Shown: one piece after another, positions 40,362-49,873 of the stretch
Layout of the letters: each line of letters starts with the position of its first letter
How positions within the stretch are numbered: the first letter of the stretch is position 1
Assembly: GCA_034189385.1 (NCBI GenBank)
Contig: JAXHVD010000004.1
Coordinates: forward strand, 64,001-128,000
DNA length: 64,000 nt
Reading direction: 5' to 3'
From: Thermodesulfobacteriota bacterium
GTDB lineage: Bacteria > Desulfobacterota > Desulfobacteria > Desulfobacterales > C00003060
The notes under the pieces: generated by a model
Database searches by the model: none
Told to the model about the DNA's origin: nothing
What the model saw: the letters and a program-made list of their open reading frames with translations, nothing else
Position numbers and translations under genes: made by a program

Positions 40362-41613
40362 GGCCCATGGGGATTTGGGATGAGTAGGGGAAAAAGGCGA
40401 GGCTGACCCGGCCCTGGGCATTGATCCTCTGGAAAATTTCATCTGCCTCAAAAGAGGGGATCTGTTTCTGCGTATCCCAATCAGACATCTGTATCTTCAT
40501 GAGGATTTTGTGCGAATCGTCAATAAGGTCAAGGAGCGTGGCCGTCATAAAAGAAATCTTGTCATAGACGGCCTCCTCGGTAAGAGAAAGCTCTTTTTGC
40601 ATCTGCCTGTGATAGGCCATGACAGAGTAGTAGTCGATGGGAAGCTTAGTCGCTTCGGTGAGACTCTGGGACAACCAGGCCAGGGCGTTTTTAGGATCTG
40701 ACACGGATTCGTACACGAAATTCACGGCAATCTCTGTCTCAGGGTCCACCCCCTTTGCCGCACCGATCAGTTTATCGGCAAGTGCCAGGAGTTTTTCATT
40801 CTTCCACCTGGCCCATAGCCAAAAGGTGTCTGAATAGTGAGATACAAGCCCGCGTCCCTCTCTGTCCAGGAAGACTTTTCTGTAAAGCCTCTCAGGATCG
40901 AGTACCTTTCCTGTTTCCTTTTCAAACAGTGCCGCTGCCCTCGCGCTAAAATCCTCGTACTGATACATGACAAGATCGTCTTGAAATAAAATGCCATCTA
41001 TTCCTGATCTCACCACGTCCTCAAAAAGGCCTATGAGCTTCTTTTGAACGGCCGCACTAAAGATGCTCCACATCTCCATAGGTTCCAGTGACCCTGTTTC
41101 AAAAGAGTACCTGCGCGCCTTAGAGGCTTTTGGGTCCGGCAGCTCAAGCGGCATGTTGCGCGTCTCCATCCAGGCGTAGACCTTCAGCCCCTGACGGTGG
41201 CCCATGGATACGATTTTTGCCATCACCGGGTCCACCACCGGGGCGTGGGATGTTTGAAAGTAGACCCCTGTCTGGTGTTGAGGTCGGGCAAAACCATAGA
41301 GCCTGTCCCCCTCATTTTGAAAGGCGCGGACGATGATGGTGTTGACCCCTGCCGCCTTGAGGCCCTGGAGGCACTGCTCTGCCTCTTCATAGTCTCTTGA
41401 TTCAAAGACAGCGATCTGAGCCGCCAGCAGGCGCCGGATAGAGGGGAGTTTCTTTTCTTCGACAAAAAGCCTTGCCTCAGCTACCGGTTCGAAAGTGGGG
41501 CGGGGAACCACACCAGGGGTGTCAAGGTAACAGAGGCCAAAGAAGAAACCTGCCACAGATGCCACCATGACAGATAAGATAGCGTACTTCCTTTTTCCCT
41601 TTAAATGGGCCAT
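40309..41613 (-). CDS. PgaB C-terminal-like glycoside hydrolase (GHL13/GH153-like)
   Basis: GVNTIIVRAF, GVYF, VYAWM, DGILFQDD, VMAYH. Confidence 0.7.
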   Translation of the reverse strand: MAHLKGKRKYAILSVMVASVAGFFFGLCYLDTPGVVPRPTFEPVAEARLFVEEKKLPSIRRLLAAQIAVFESRDYEEAEQCLQGLKAAGVNTIIVRAFQNEGDRLYGFARPQHQTGVYFQTSHAPVVDPVMAKIVSMGHRQGLKVYAWMETRNMPLELPDPKASKARRYSFETGSLEPMEMWSIFSAAVQKKLIGLFEDVVRSGIDGILFQDDLVMYQYEDFSARAAALFEKETGKVLDPERLYRKVFLDREGRGLVSHYSDTFWLWARWKNEKLLALADKLIGAAKGVDPETEIAVNFVYESVSDPKNALAWLSQSLTEATKLPIDYYSVMAYHRQMQKELSLTEEAVYDKISFMTATLLDLIDDSHKILMKIQMSDWDTQKQIPSFEADEIFQRINAQGRVSLAFFPYSSQIPMGLIGYHFRQGSDGMPPTQ

Positions 41614-42055
41614 CAAGACTCCTGGGGTCTGCATGCTCCACGCAGTCCCATGTTATGAGAAATTGCCTGCCCCCAGGAAACCGCCTGTTTACACCTGTCA
41701 GGGCTGCCCAACGGGTGGCCTGGAGACCAATTACCTTTTTTGGGAAGGGCGTCAAAGAGACGTCATGGGGAGAACGCGTACATCCGGGTGGGATAACTAC
41801 CTACTTTTATTTTATGTTCAAAAAGCCTTTTCTGTCAAGAAGTGTTGGCCGTCATCTCCACGCCGCAATGAGGGATTTCCTGCCCCCATCCTCCGTCTCC
41901 GGTCTTGTCACTCGTCACTGAGTGCCCTGCGCCCTATGCTTTACGCCTTTTGCCTCTTGCCTTCTGTCCTCCGTCGTCTCTCATCTGTTGTCTGTCTTTG
42001 CTCTCATCTCCGCTTCACCGGCTCCCCGCGTCTCCTCTCTCCCCCCTCGTCTCCG
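41571..42055. repeat. Copy 1 of duplicated segments (5' end of the pgaB-like gene plus a pyrimidine-rich 7/8-mer mosaic)
   Basis: GATAAGATAGCGTAC...CCTTTAAATGGGCCATCAAGACTCCTG, TCTCCGGTCTTGTCACTCGTCAC and CCTCCGTCGTCT...TCTGTTGTCTGTCTT recur at 43140-43430. Confidence 0.8.
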
Positions 42056-42217
42056 AGGCTGAAACTGCAAAACGAAAGAGCGTCCGTCAAATACTCTAGT
42101 GTGATACCGTGGTCGGAAGATGAATAGAACTCTTTACAGGGTGTACATATGAATAAGAGCTGATATCATTTTGACTTTTCGGACAACGAGGCCCCTTTAC
42201 CAAGAAATGGAGAAAAG

Positions 42218-42793
42218 ATGATGGAAAGACAGGATAAGTCGCTTTGTTCCGGCAATGAAACGTGTGGCATGGTTCTTCGGCCTGTAGGAATCATAAAGAG
42301 CAAGATTAAAGAACCTATCTTGGCAGCCGGAAACGATGGCATCAAAATGCAGGGGCAAATCGATGCCATGAGACGGAAAATGCGTGAAATGCGCCGGGAG
42401 ATTGCAGAAATCGTCATCAATGAACCCCTCACTGATGTTCTTGACGGCATAGAGGGGTATTCTCATCTTGTCGTGTTGTATTGGGGCCATAGAGTCCCTG
42501 AACAAAGCCGCTCCTTAACCAAGGTCCATCCCATGGGCAGAGAAGACTTCCCCCTGGTAGGTATTTTCTCTACCCACAGCCCTGCCCGGCCGAACCCAGT
42601 GCTCATGACTATTGTTCGGCTGTGCGAAAGAAAAGGAAACGTCCTGCAAGTCACCGGCCTGGACGCTGTAGATGGAAGCCCGGTTGTCGATATCAAGCCT
42701 TATGTCCAGCGCCTTTACCCCCGGGAAGAGGTGCTGACCCCTGAATGGATGGAGCGGATCGTGAAAGAAGTTGAAGAAGAAAACCTGAGATAA
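42218..42793 (+). CDS. trmO: tRNA m6t6A37 methyltransferase TrmO (TsaA)
   Basis: GIFSTHSPARPNP, GLDAVDGSPVVDIKPY. Confidence 0.88.
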   Translation: MMERQDKSLCSGNETCGMVLRPVGIIKSKIKEPILAAGNDGIKMQGQIDAMRRKMREMRREIAEIVINEPLTDVLDGIEGYSHLVVLYWGHRVPEQSRSLTKVHPMGREDFPLVGIFSTHSPARPNPVLMTIVRLCERKGNVLQVTGLDAVDGSPVVDIKPYVQRLYPREEVLTPEWMERIVKEVEEENLR

Positions 42794-43138
42794 GACCCCT
42801 TTTAGAGGAAGGTTACGGACTCAAGTTTGCGCCTGCGGCTTCAAAGGAGGCGCACCCCTCGTCTCCACTAATAGTACGTGTTTCAAGACTTGTAACCCCT
42901 GTGGATGTGCAACAAAGGGAGGGGGAAATTCGCTGAAAGAAGGCCTACAGCCATTGCCACCCACCATCTCCCCAACAGCTACTAAAGGCATTGGAGGCCG
43001 AAGAGAAGCGGATCCCCCCTCCCGAGGCTCCCATTGCATCAAAAAGGTCCAAACCAGCGCCCCGCCACTTCATAGAAGCCTTGGCACGTGTTTACTGGTC
43101 ATTTCAGGTGGTTGATAACGGTGCGAACCTTGAGTTAC

Positions 43139-43435
43139 GGATAAGATAGCGTACCCTTTTTTCCCCTTTAAATGGGCCATCAAGACTCCTGTGGGCCGCT
43201 TGCTCCATGCAGCCCCAAGCTATGAGTGACTGCCTGTCCCCATGTTCTGTCGTCCTTCCCCTCTCGTCACCGGTACCTGGTGCCTTACGCTTCTACCACT
43301 TGCCCTCCGCCCTCCGTCGTCTGTCGTCTGTTGTCTGTCTTCGCCCTCGTCTCCGCTTCACCGCACCCCCCGCTTCCCTTCCGTCCGCCCTCGTGCTTCT
43401 CCGGTCTTGTCACTCGTCACGCGTTACTGCCCTAC
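43139..43435. repeat. Copy 2 of duplicated segments (rearranged)
   Basis: Matches 41571-41660 and 41890-42050. Confidence 0.8.
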
Positions 43436-43653
43436 CAGCTAGTTTTTGCACCACATCTACGTAGTTCTACGATTTGTTACCAATTAGAATCCTTGACAAA
43501 AATGGGCTTCAGTGATATAGACCGTTCGGTTAGCTTTTGCCCCCGTCAACCCAAACCAAGAGGGTGCCATGAACAAATGAAAAGGCCCTGTTTCTCCTAG
43601 AGAGAGGCGGGGTTTTGTGTTTTTGGGATGGAGAAGTCACCCTCAGGGAAAAG

Positions 43654-43900
43654 ATGAAGAAGAGAACTGCAAAAGACAAAAACGCTTTGGTTCCTGCTGA
43701 GCGGATCGAAACAGCGATTTTGCTCATCGGCGGCCAGAAAGTCATGCTGGACCGGGACCTCGCTGAGCTCTATGGGGTGGAAACAAGAGTCCTTAAGCAA
43801 GCTGTGAGACGCAACATCAAGCGTTTTCCATCTGATTTATATGTTTGAGCTGACGAGACAGGAGAATGAGTCTTTAAGATCACAAAATGTGACCTTAAAA
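43654..43900 (+). pseudogene. ORF6N-domain gene, frameshifted and truncated
   Basis: [35 protein letters not shown], then a frameshift to MFELT. Confidence 0.8.
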
Positions 43901-43928
43901 AGTGTCCTTTTTGCCGAGGGCAAGGTTC

Positions 43929-44501
43929 ATGCCAGGTAAGCATGCAACAGTGCCTGCAGATCAGATTGAACGCAGCATTTACCTAATCCGTGGCGAGAGA
44001 ATCCTACTGGATAGTGACCTTGCCCAGCTTTATGGGGTCGAAACGGGCATATTGAATCGAGCGGTAAGACGAAATAGCGACCGATTTCCAGAAGACTTCA
44101 TGTTCCAGCTTACGGCTGACGAGGTGGAGGATTTGAGATGCCAAATTGGCACCTCAAAGAAGGGTCGTGGAGGCCGTCGTTACTTGCCTTATGCATTTAC
44201 AGAGCAAGGTGTGGCCATGCTTTCCAGTGTACTGAACAGTCCGCGTGCTATTCAGATGAATGTTGCCATAATGCGGACTTTTGTAAGACTTCGGCGGGAG
44301 CTGTCGACTCACAAAGAGTTAGCGGCAAAATTGAACGAACTAGAACGGAAGATCGAAAAGCATGACGAGAGTATTGAAACCATTTTCGAAGCCATCCGCC
44401 AGCTTATGACACCACCCGAGAAGCCCAGAAAGAAGATTGGGTTTGAAATCAAGGAAGGTCGCTCTTCTTATAACAAGAGCTCAAAGAGAAAAGGCAAATG
44501 A
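43929..44501 (+). CDS. ORF6N-domain DNA-binding protein
   Basis: LDSDLAQLYGVET, RFPEDFMFQL, PYAFTEQGVAMLSSVL, KKIGF. Confidence 0.9.
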   Translation: MPGKHATVPADQIERSIYLIRGERILLDSDLAQLYGVETGILNRAVRRNSDRFPEDFMFQLTADEVEDLRCQIGTSKKGRGGRRYLPYAFTEQGVAMLSSVLNSPRAIQMNVAIMRTFVRLRRELSTHKELAAKLNELERKIEKHDESIETIFEAIRQLMTPPEKPRKKIGFEIKEGRSSYNKSSKRKGK

Positions 44502-44624
44502 CTCCAGAGACTTTGGGAGCTCTGTGAGAGGATGAGACAGCCCGAAGGGCACGACAGTAATCGTGGCGACAAGTCGTCGCCATGATAGTCTGTGGCCGTC
44601 TGTGTGCTTCTGTGGCAGAAAATA

Positions 44625-44861
44625 TGCGTTCAAGCTTGTCCTTGAGGCCATTGCCGAGCTCATGGCACCGCCTGAAAAGCCCAAGAGGATTCACCCCGTT
44701 AAACGTCGGTTTGCCGTATGTTCTTCAAGAGCCATATGGCGCACAGCCGGAGCCGCATGTTAGCACTCAATTCTCCTGCCCTGTGTTTAACTGGGGAGAT
44801 AGGTTTTGAGGTGAAGGAAAAGCGTGCGGCCTGCGGTAAGCGTAAGAAAGTGAAAAACTGA
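44625..44861 (+). pseudogene. ORF6N C-terminal remnant interrupted by a palindromic MITE
   Basis: FKLVLEAIAELMAPPEKPKR | insert CACCCCGTTAAAC...GTTTAACTGGGG | IGFEVKEKRA. Confidence 0.65.
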
Positions 44862-45075
44862 GGCCCGGTGGACCGGTGAAGTGGTGTGGATATCTGAAAA
44901 ATGAGACAAGTCATGGCTTTGATTCAACCTATGATCAGTGACGGGACAGATCGTGAACATGATCGACAAGCCGAATAATTACTATTTAAGATCTGACCCT
45001 GGGCTCTCCCCTTGGCTCTCCCATGGGGGTGCCGGATGACCGGTATTCCTACCATGAGGGCAGAACAAAAGAAAT

Positions 45076-45825
45076 ATGAACAATTTCGATCGCTACAAAA
45101 TGCTTGAAGATGCCGTGCCGGCGAACATCACCTCTGTTCCGTCCGAGTTTGTCCTTCACAAAGATGGTGCGCTAAGAGTAGTGTGGGCGCCTTGCGATTA
45201 CATAAATACCGGTGCCCGTATTGCTATCGTCGGGATCACTCCAGGTTGGCAACAGGCCCAAATCGCCTATACAGAAGCCCAGCAAGCTCTGAAAGATGGC
45301 CTCAGCTATCCAGAAGCCTGTAACCGCGCGAAAGGGCAAGCAGCATTCGCCGGGACTATGCGAAAGAATCTCATTGCGATGCTTGATGATATCGGTGTCG
45401 GCCAAGCCTTAGGCATTCCCTCGACAGTTGAACTCTTTGGTAGATCGCATTCCGACCTTCATTCGACGTCGGCATTACGTTACCCGGTGTTTCGTGACAA
45501 CAAAAATTACACAGGTCACGTCCCAAATCCTCTGAAGCATCATTACCTTCTTTCGATGATAGAGACTTTACTCACGGAAGAGCTAACGGCTGTATCACCC
45601 GCTTTGGTTGTTCCTCTTGGAAAGGCTGCGAATGCGTGCGTTCAACACGCGATTTCAATTTGTCAGGCAAACGTTTCCATCTTGGACATGTTCCCACATC
45701 CCTCAGGAGCAAACGGACACCGCATGCGTCAGTTCAAAGAGCGGAAGAAGACTCTGTTGGGAATCGTCGAGAATTGGCAAGCTCAGGCTAATGCATCCGA
45801 CACAAAAAGCCGCCGGGCTCATTAG
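45076..45825 (+). CDS. Uracil-DNA glycosylase superfamily protein
   Basis: IVGITPG, VPLGK and PHPSGAN motifs. Confidence 0.75.
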   Translation: MNNFDRYKMLEDAVPANITSVPSEFVLHKDGALRVVWAPCDYINTGARIAIVGITPGWQQAQIAYTEAQQALKDGLSYPEACNRAKGQAAFAGTMRKNLIAMLDDIGVGQALGIPSTVELFGRSHSDLHSTSALRYPVFRDNKNYTGHVPNPLKHHYLLSMIETLLTEELTAVSPALVVPLGKAANACVQHAISICQANVSILDMFPHPSGANGHRMRQFKERKKTLLGIVENWQAQANASDTKSRRAH

Positions 45826-45959
45826 CGGTCTTGAATTTCAGGAGCATGAGGTTTCAAGAGGGGAAAAGAAGAGCGTCACATCTTGCTTATTAATTATTGG
45901 GCATGTGCAGCAAGTGCCGGTGGCGTGGGCAGTAGGCGGGCTTCGGAAATATTAGCGCA

Positions 45960-46255
45960 TGTCAGAAAATGGGCAGGCTCACCCTGCGCAGTAAGGTGCA
46001 GGTGAATATCCAAGGGATGCTTTACTGCCTGGTGTACAATATTGAAAAGAACATCGACTCCGGAAAGAGCTATACTATGGTGCGACCATCAGAGGAAATC
46101 CGGACGGAAGTCTACCCCAAAAGCACAATGAGGAGGGCGCGGCATCTGTTTTGGCTCCTCGAACATGGCGAACAGCCATTTTTCCGAAAAGCCATAGCTC
46201 ATCTGACAAGTTGCGGGGATGAAAGCCATCTCGCGAGGCGTTTTTCGACAGTCTC
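45960..46255 (+). mobile_element. IS1182-family transposase 3' remnant and right end
   Basis: RLTLRSKVQVNIQGMLYCLVYNIEK resembles the IS1182 C-terminus; ends TTTTTCGACAGTCTC. Confidence 0.6.
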
Positions 46256-46281
46256 GTTGGCTGGTGGGGAGGAAATTGAGA

Positions 46282-46665
46282 GTGAAATCGGTTTATCCAG
46301 AGATCTCAGCGGCATGTACCCGTGCAGATACCGGACTCTGGGGAGCATTCGAGCGTAATCAGCAAACTGATGCTAGAGTCTCTGACGGGGGGAAACTCAT
46401 TTTCCCCGAGTATCGCGGCGGCTCCCTACGAGTGAGTGAACAGGAAGCCCGCTTCGCTTTCGTTGAGGCGCTATGCATGGGGCCGCTTCTGTACTCAGTC
46501 GAGGCACCAACAAGTAAACTCTATCAGTTCACCGGCAAGTCATCGCTCTCGGCCCAAACCGATCTTGCAATACATAATGCGGCTGGGGCTCGTATCTGTA
46601 ATGTGGAATTCAAGGCTAAGGGGAGCCCGGGGAAGGGGAGCCCGGGGTCGCATCTTAATTATTAA
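46282..46665 (+). pseudogene. Truncated cassette gene, possibly PD-(D/E)XK nuclease-like
   Basis: RVSEQEARF...SVEAPT...TDLAI...NVEFKA, then cut by a GGGAGCCCGGGG repeat. Confidence 0.45.
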
Positions 46666-46805
46666 TTATTGACATTTTCTTCCGGCCAGATTATCCTGCC
46701 TTTCAAAGAAGCACTCAGCCATCGGGCCCAAGAACTGAAGTCACATCCCCGAAGCTGACCGGCTCCTTCAATTCATAGCATCTTCCATATCGAGGGGGTG
46801 GTTCC

Positions 46806-46915
46806 ATGGCCCGTCCGTTGCGCATAGAATATGCAGGTGCCTTTTATCATGTCATCCATCGAGGAAATGCCGGAGAAGCGATTTTTCGAACCAAGCGTGA
46901 CCGAAAATTTGCGGG
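46806..46915 (+). mobile_element. RAYT / IS200-like Y1 transposase N-terminal fragment
   Basis: MARPLRIEYAGAFYHVIHRGNAGEAIFRTKRDR. Confidence 0.8.
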
Positions 46916-47136
46916 ACGCCCTTTTCTTTTGCAGTTTCGGCATTTCACGCGAGCTATTCTGTGGGAATCTTCTTGACTGTTCCTTCCGACCAAACCGATC
47001 CTTTACAATACCGACAGATGTTGATAGCTTTGAATTAGTGGGATCTGTCCAACGATCTTCGTTTCTGTTCAATGATTGGAAGGGCCCGGAAATACAGCAA
47101 TCTTTGAAAGATGAGGGATTACCTTAGGAGGGTTTC

Positions 47137-47367
47137 ATGACCGATTTACTTAAGAAAATAGAAGATGAGGCCCTTTCGCTCCCTCGGCAGGAGCGCGCCT
47201 TTTTGGCTGACCGCCTGCTGAGCTCTCTTGATGAAGATGTGCTCACAGACGTAGATGCCGCCTGGATAGCCGAGGCCGAGCGTCGGTATGAGCAGTACAA
47301 GAAAGGAGAGAGGCCTGGCATTGCCGCACAGGAAGTGTTTGCCGAAGCTGATCGTCCGTTGAAATGA
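47137..47367 (+). CDS. Addiction-module antitoxin component (TIGR02574-like), orphan
   Basis: ALSLPRQERAFLADRLLSSL...AAWIAEAERR. Confidence 0.8.
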   Translation: MTDLLKKIEDEALSLPRQERAFLADRLLSSLDEDVLTDVDAAWIAEAERRYEQYKKGERPGIAAQEVFAEADRPLK

Positions 47368-47426
47368 CCCCAATCCCAGGTAGCTGTTAGGTCCAATTTG
47401 TAACCCATTGTAGGAAATTACGGAAA

Positions 47427-47663
47427 ATGACCAACTACACTGCAAAGTATACCAAGATTGACTCCGGTTACATGGGACAGTTGGTGGAATGGCCTGAGGT
47501 TGTCACCGAAGGCCAGGATCTCGAGGAGTGCCGTTCGATGCTACGCGATGCACTGAATGAGATGGTGCTCGCCTATCAACAGATGGGGAAGGAGATTCCT
47601 CCTGGAAACGCGCTTATAGAGCAACTGCCCATAGAGGTCCAACATGTCGGTCAGGCGACGTGA
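47427..47663 (+). CDS. hicB: HicB-family antitoxin
   Basis: EWPEVVTEGQDLEECRSMLRDAL. Confidence 0.85.
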   Translation: MTNYTAKYTKIDSGYMGQLVEWPEVVTEGQDLEECRSMLRDALNEMVLAYQQMGKEIPPGNALIEQLPIEVQHVGQAT

Positions 47664-47832
47664 TCTCGTCGGGCACTTGGAGAAGAACGGTTTCCATTTG
47701 CTGAGGGAAGGTGGCAACCATTCCATCTATACGAACGGAACCAAGGTCGTTCCCGTCAAACGCCACAGACACCTTGATCGGATCACTGCAAACGAAATCT
47801 GCAAGCAGGCCGGTCTCCACCCTAAGTTCTAA
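47644..47832 (+). CDS. hicA: HicA-family toxin
   Basis: LEKNGFHLLREGGNHSIY...PVKRH...ICKQAG. Confidence 0.88.
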   Translation: MSVRRRDLVGHLEKNGFHLLREGGNHSIYTNGTKVVPVKRHRHLDRITANEICKQAGLHPKF

Positions 47833-48162
47833 CCAACCCCCCAGCCTAATCTTCAGGACGAGTGAGAGAGAACCATGAGGGTCAGATCTTAAATCTTAAT
47901 TATCGGGACCTCCAAGAAAGCATTCTCGGGAGAGAGATTCGAGGACCAGTAGTACACTTTGGGGATGATCGGTGTTTTCTTTGCGGTCGGACCATGGCAA
48001 GTGGTTGAGATGCCGCGATGTGGTGCGGAAAATGGCCCTTAAAACAGCCTTAGAACGCAGTTTTTGATATTGGAATTGGACTTCTAAGGAAGAGACATTC
48101 GAAACGAACATCATGACCTAAGCCTTCGGCTCCATACCCAGCATGGGTGGTCTCTTCCTGGA

Positions 48163-48387
48163 CGGGGTCTCTTTTGCCTTGGCACAGCTGGCTTTCTTTG
48201 ATCATAATCGTGTCATCTTGGAAGACTTGGAACATAGTGATGATGAAAAACGATATTGCTGTCTTGGCAAAGTCTGCGGTGGGGTAATACCTGTAAGATT
48301 TACATACCGAAAAAAATCAGAATAATAGGCGCCGGATATTGGCGGAAAGGAAAGAAAATATATGAAAGGGAAAATAAAATACACTGA
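48163..48387 (+). pseudogene. brnT: BrnT toxin, 5'-truncated and frameshifted
   Basis: GVSFALAQLAFFD...HSDDEKRY...VRFTYR, then a frameshift in an A-run to IRIIGAGYWRKG. Confidence 0.75.
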
Positions 48388-48589
48388 TGAGCCCATTGGA
48401 AAGGTGAAGGTTATTCCTGACTTTCTTCCTTCACCTGAAGAACTAGCTCTAAAGGACGAAACCGTTAAGGTCACAATTGCTCTCAGCAAAACGAGCGTTG
48501 ATTTCTTTAAGAAAGAAGCAAAAAAATATAACACGCAGTATCAAAAAATGATTCGCAGGCTCTTGGATGAGTATGCGGCCCATCAATAA
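48362..48589 (+). CDS. BrnA/CopG-like antitoxin
   Basis: DFLPSPEEL...KVTIALSKTSVDFFK...YQKMIRRLLD. Confidence 0.8.
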   Translation: MKGKIKYTDEPIGKVKVIPDFLPSPEELALKDETVKVTIALSKTSVDFFKKEAKKYNTQYQKMIRRLLDEYAAHQ

Positions 48590-48649
48590 TACTATCCATT
48601 ACCTGCAAAAAGCCGCGCGGCTGATTAGCCCGTTCGACAGGAAAGCGGA

Positions 48650-49327
48650 ATGAAGAGAAAGGCTCTGCTGAGTTGGAGTAGCGGCAAAGACAGCGCATGG
48701 GCTCTACATGCCTTGCAACAGGACCGCCAGATTGACGTTGTGGGCCTCTTTACAGTCGTGAACGAGGCACATGATCGTGTCGCCATGCATGCAACCAGAT
48801 CGGATCTACTGCGGCGTCAATGTGATGCACTGGGTCTGACGCTTCAAGTCATCCATATACCGGATCCGTGCAGCAACGAAGAGTACGGTGCAGCCATGGG
48901 ATCCTTCGTTGACAATGCCAGGCAAGACGGAATCGAGTGCATGGCCTTTGGAGACCTCTTTCTTCAAGACATCAGGGACTATCGTGAGCAGCAACTCAAG
49001 GGGACGGGGCTCAAGCCCGTCTTTCCCATTTGGAATACTCCGACTGACTCCTTGGCGAAAGAGATGTGGGCATCCGGGGTTGAAGCATACATCAGCTGTC
49101 TTGATCCCCGGAAAATACCCAAAGCCCTGGCGGGCCGCCGATGGTCGGAAACTCTGCTGGGCGAGCTCCCGGAAGACGTTGACCCATGTGGCGAGAACGG
49201 AGAGTTTCACACGGTGGTCGTTGATGGCCCGATGTTCAGGGAATCGATTCCGGTCCGAATTGGCGAAACTGTTGAGCGACAGGGATTCGTTTTCACTGAC
49301 ATCATCCCTGTAGATGGAAGGGTGTAG
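48650..49327 (+). CDS. PP-loop ATPase (diphthamide-synthase/DUF71-like)
   Basis: SWSSGKDS, FGDLFL, DPCGENGEFHT. Confidence 0.88.
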   Translation: MKRKALLSWSSGKDSAWALHALQQDRQIDVVGLFTVVNEAHDRVAMHATRSDLLRRQCDALGLTLQVIHIPDPCSNEEYGAAMGSFVDNARQDGIECMAFGDLFLQDIRDYREQQLKGTGLKPVFPIWNTPTDSLAKEMWASGVEAYISCLDPRKIPKALAGRRWSETLLGELPEDVDPCGENGEFHTVVVDGPMFRESIPVRIGETVERQGFVFTDIIPVDGRV

Positions 49328-49724
49328 TTTCGGGATGTCCATGAAATTGTGCCTTTCTTATTACGCAACGTATTGAAGCCGTCAGCAAAGCATAGAATCA
49401 TGGATGTCCCACTCCCGTCCCCCTCGTATCTGCCATGCTCTGAGCCTTGCATAAAATCATAAAACGCACTTGGACCTTCGTGGAGTTCCCAGACCCCCAC
49501 AAACCTGATGACATCCAGTTCTAGAAAACTCAAACAGGAGCGGCCTTGCCGCCGCCCCGTCAAAATAAACTGAAAAACAGCCCATCCGTTGAAAATAATC
49601 AGCAAATCTCGGCCCATTCAATCTGAAATTCAACATATGGGACCTTTTCTTTTCCGCCCCTCCAACGCCCAAAATCTGTTTAACCAACTGATATCATGAT
49701 TGTCTTGCCGCCAGCCTCCTCGAA

Positions 49725-49740
49725 CGGCACGGTGCTTGCT
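49725..49740 (+). promoter_or_regulatory. Sigma54 promoter for the C25 peptidase
   Basis: CGGCACGGTGCTTGCT with GG-N10-GC spacing. Confidence 0.65.
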
Positions 49741-49873
49741 ACAGACAGCGTAGGTGATGGATATGACTAAGGGGAAAAGACTGCTCAAAAAAGGGCAGGC
49801 CTCGGAATAGGGTGGCCCGGAGAGGTCTCAGTGCGCCTGGAGCAGCCCCTGCGGAGTTTCAAAGGAGGCAAGA

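Noticed and set aside
42800..43135. Possible tRNA, tmRNA or other ncRNA
   Set aside because: No cloverleaf or T-loop signature; no tRNA or rRNA gene was recognised anywhere in the window.
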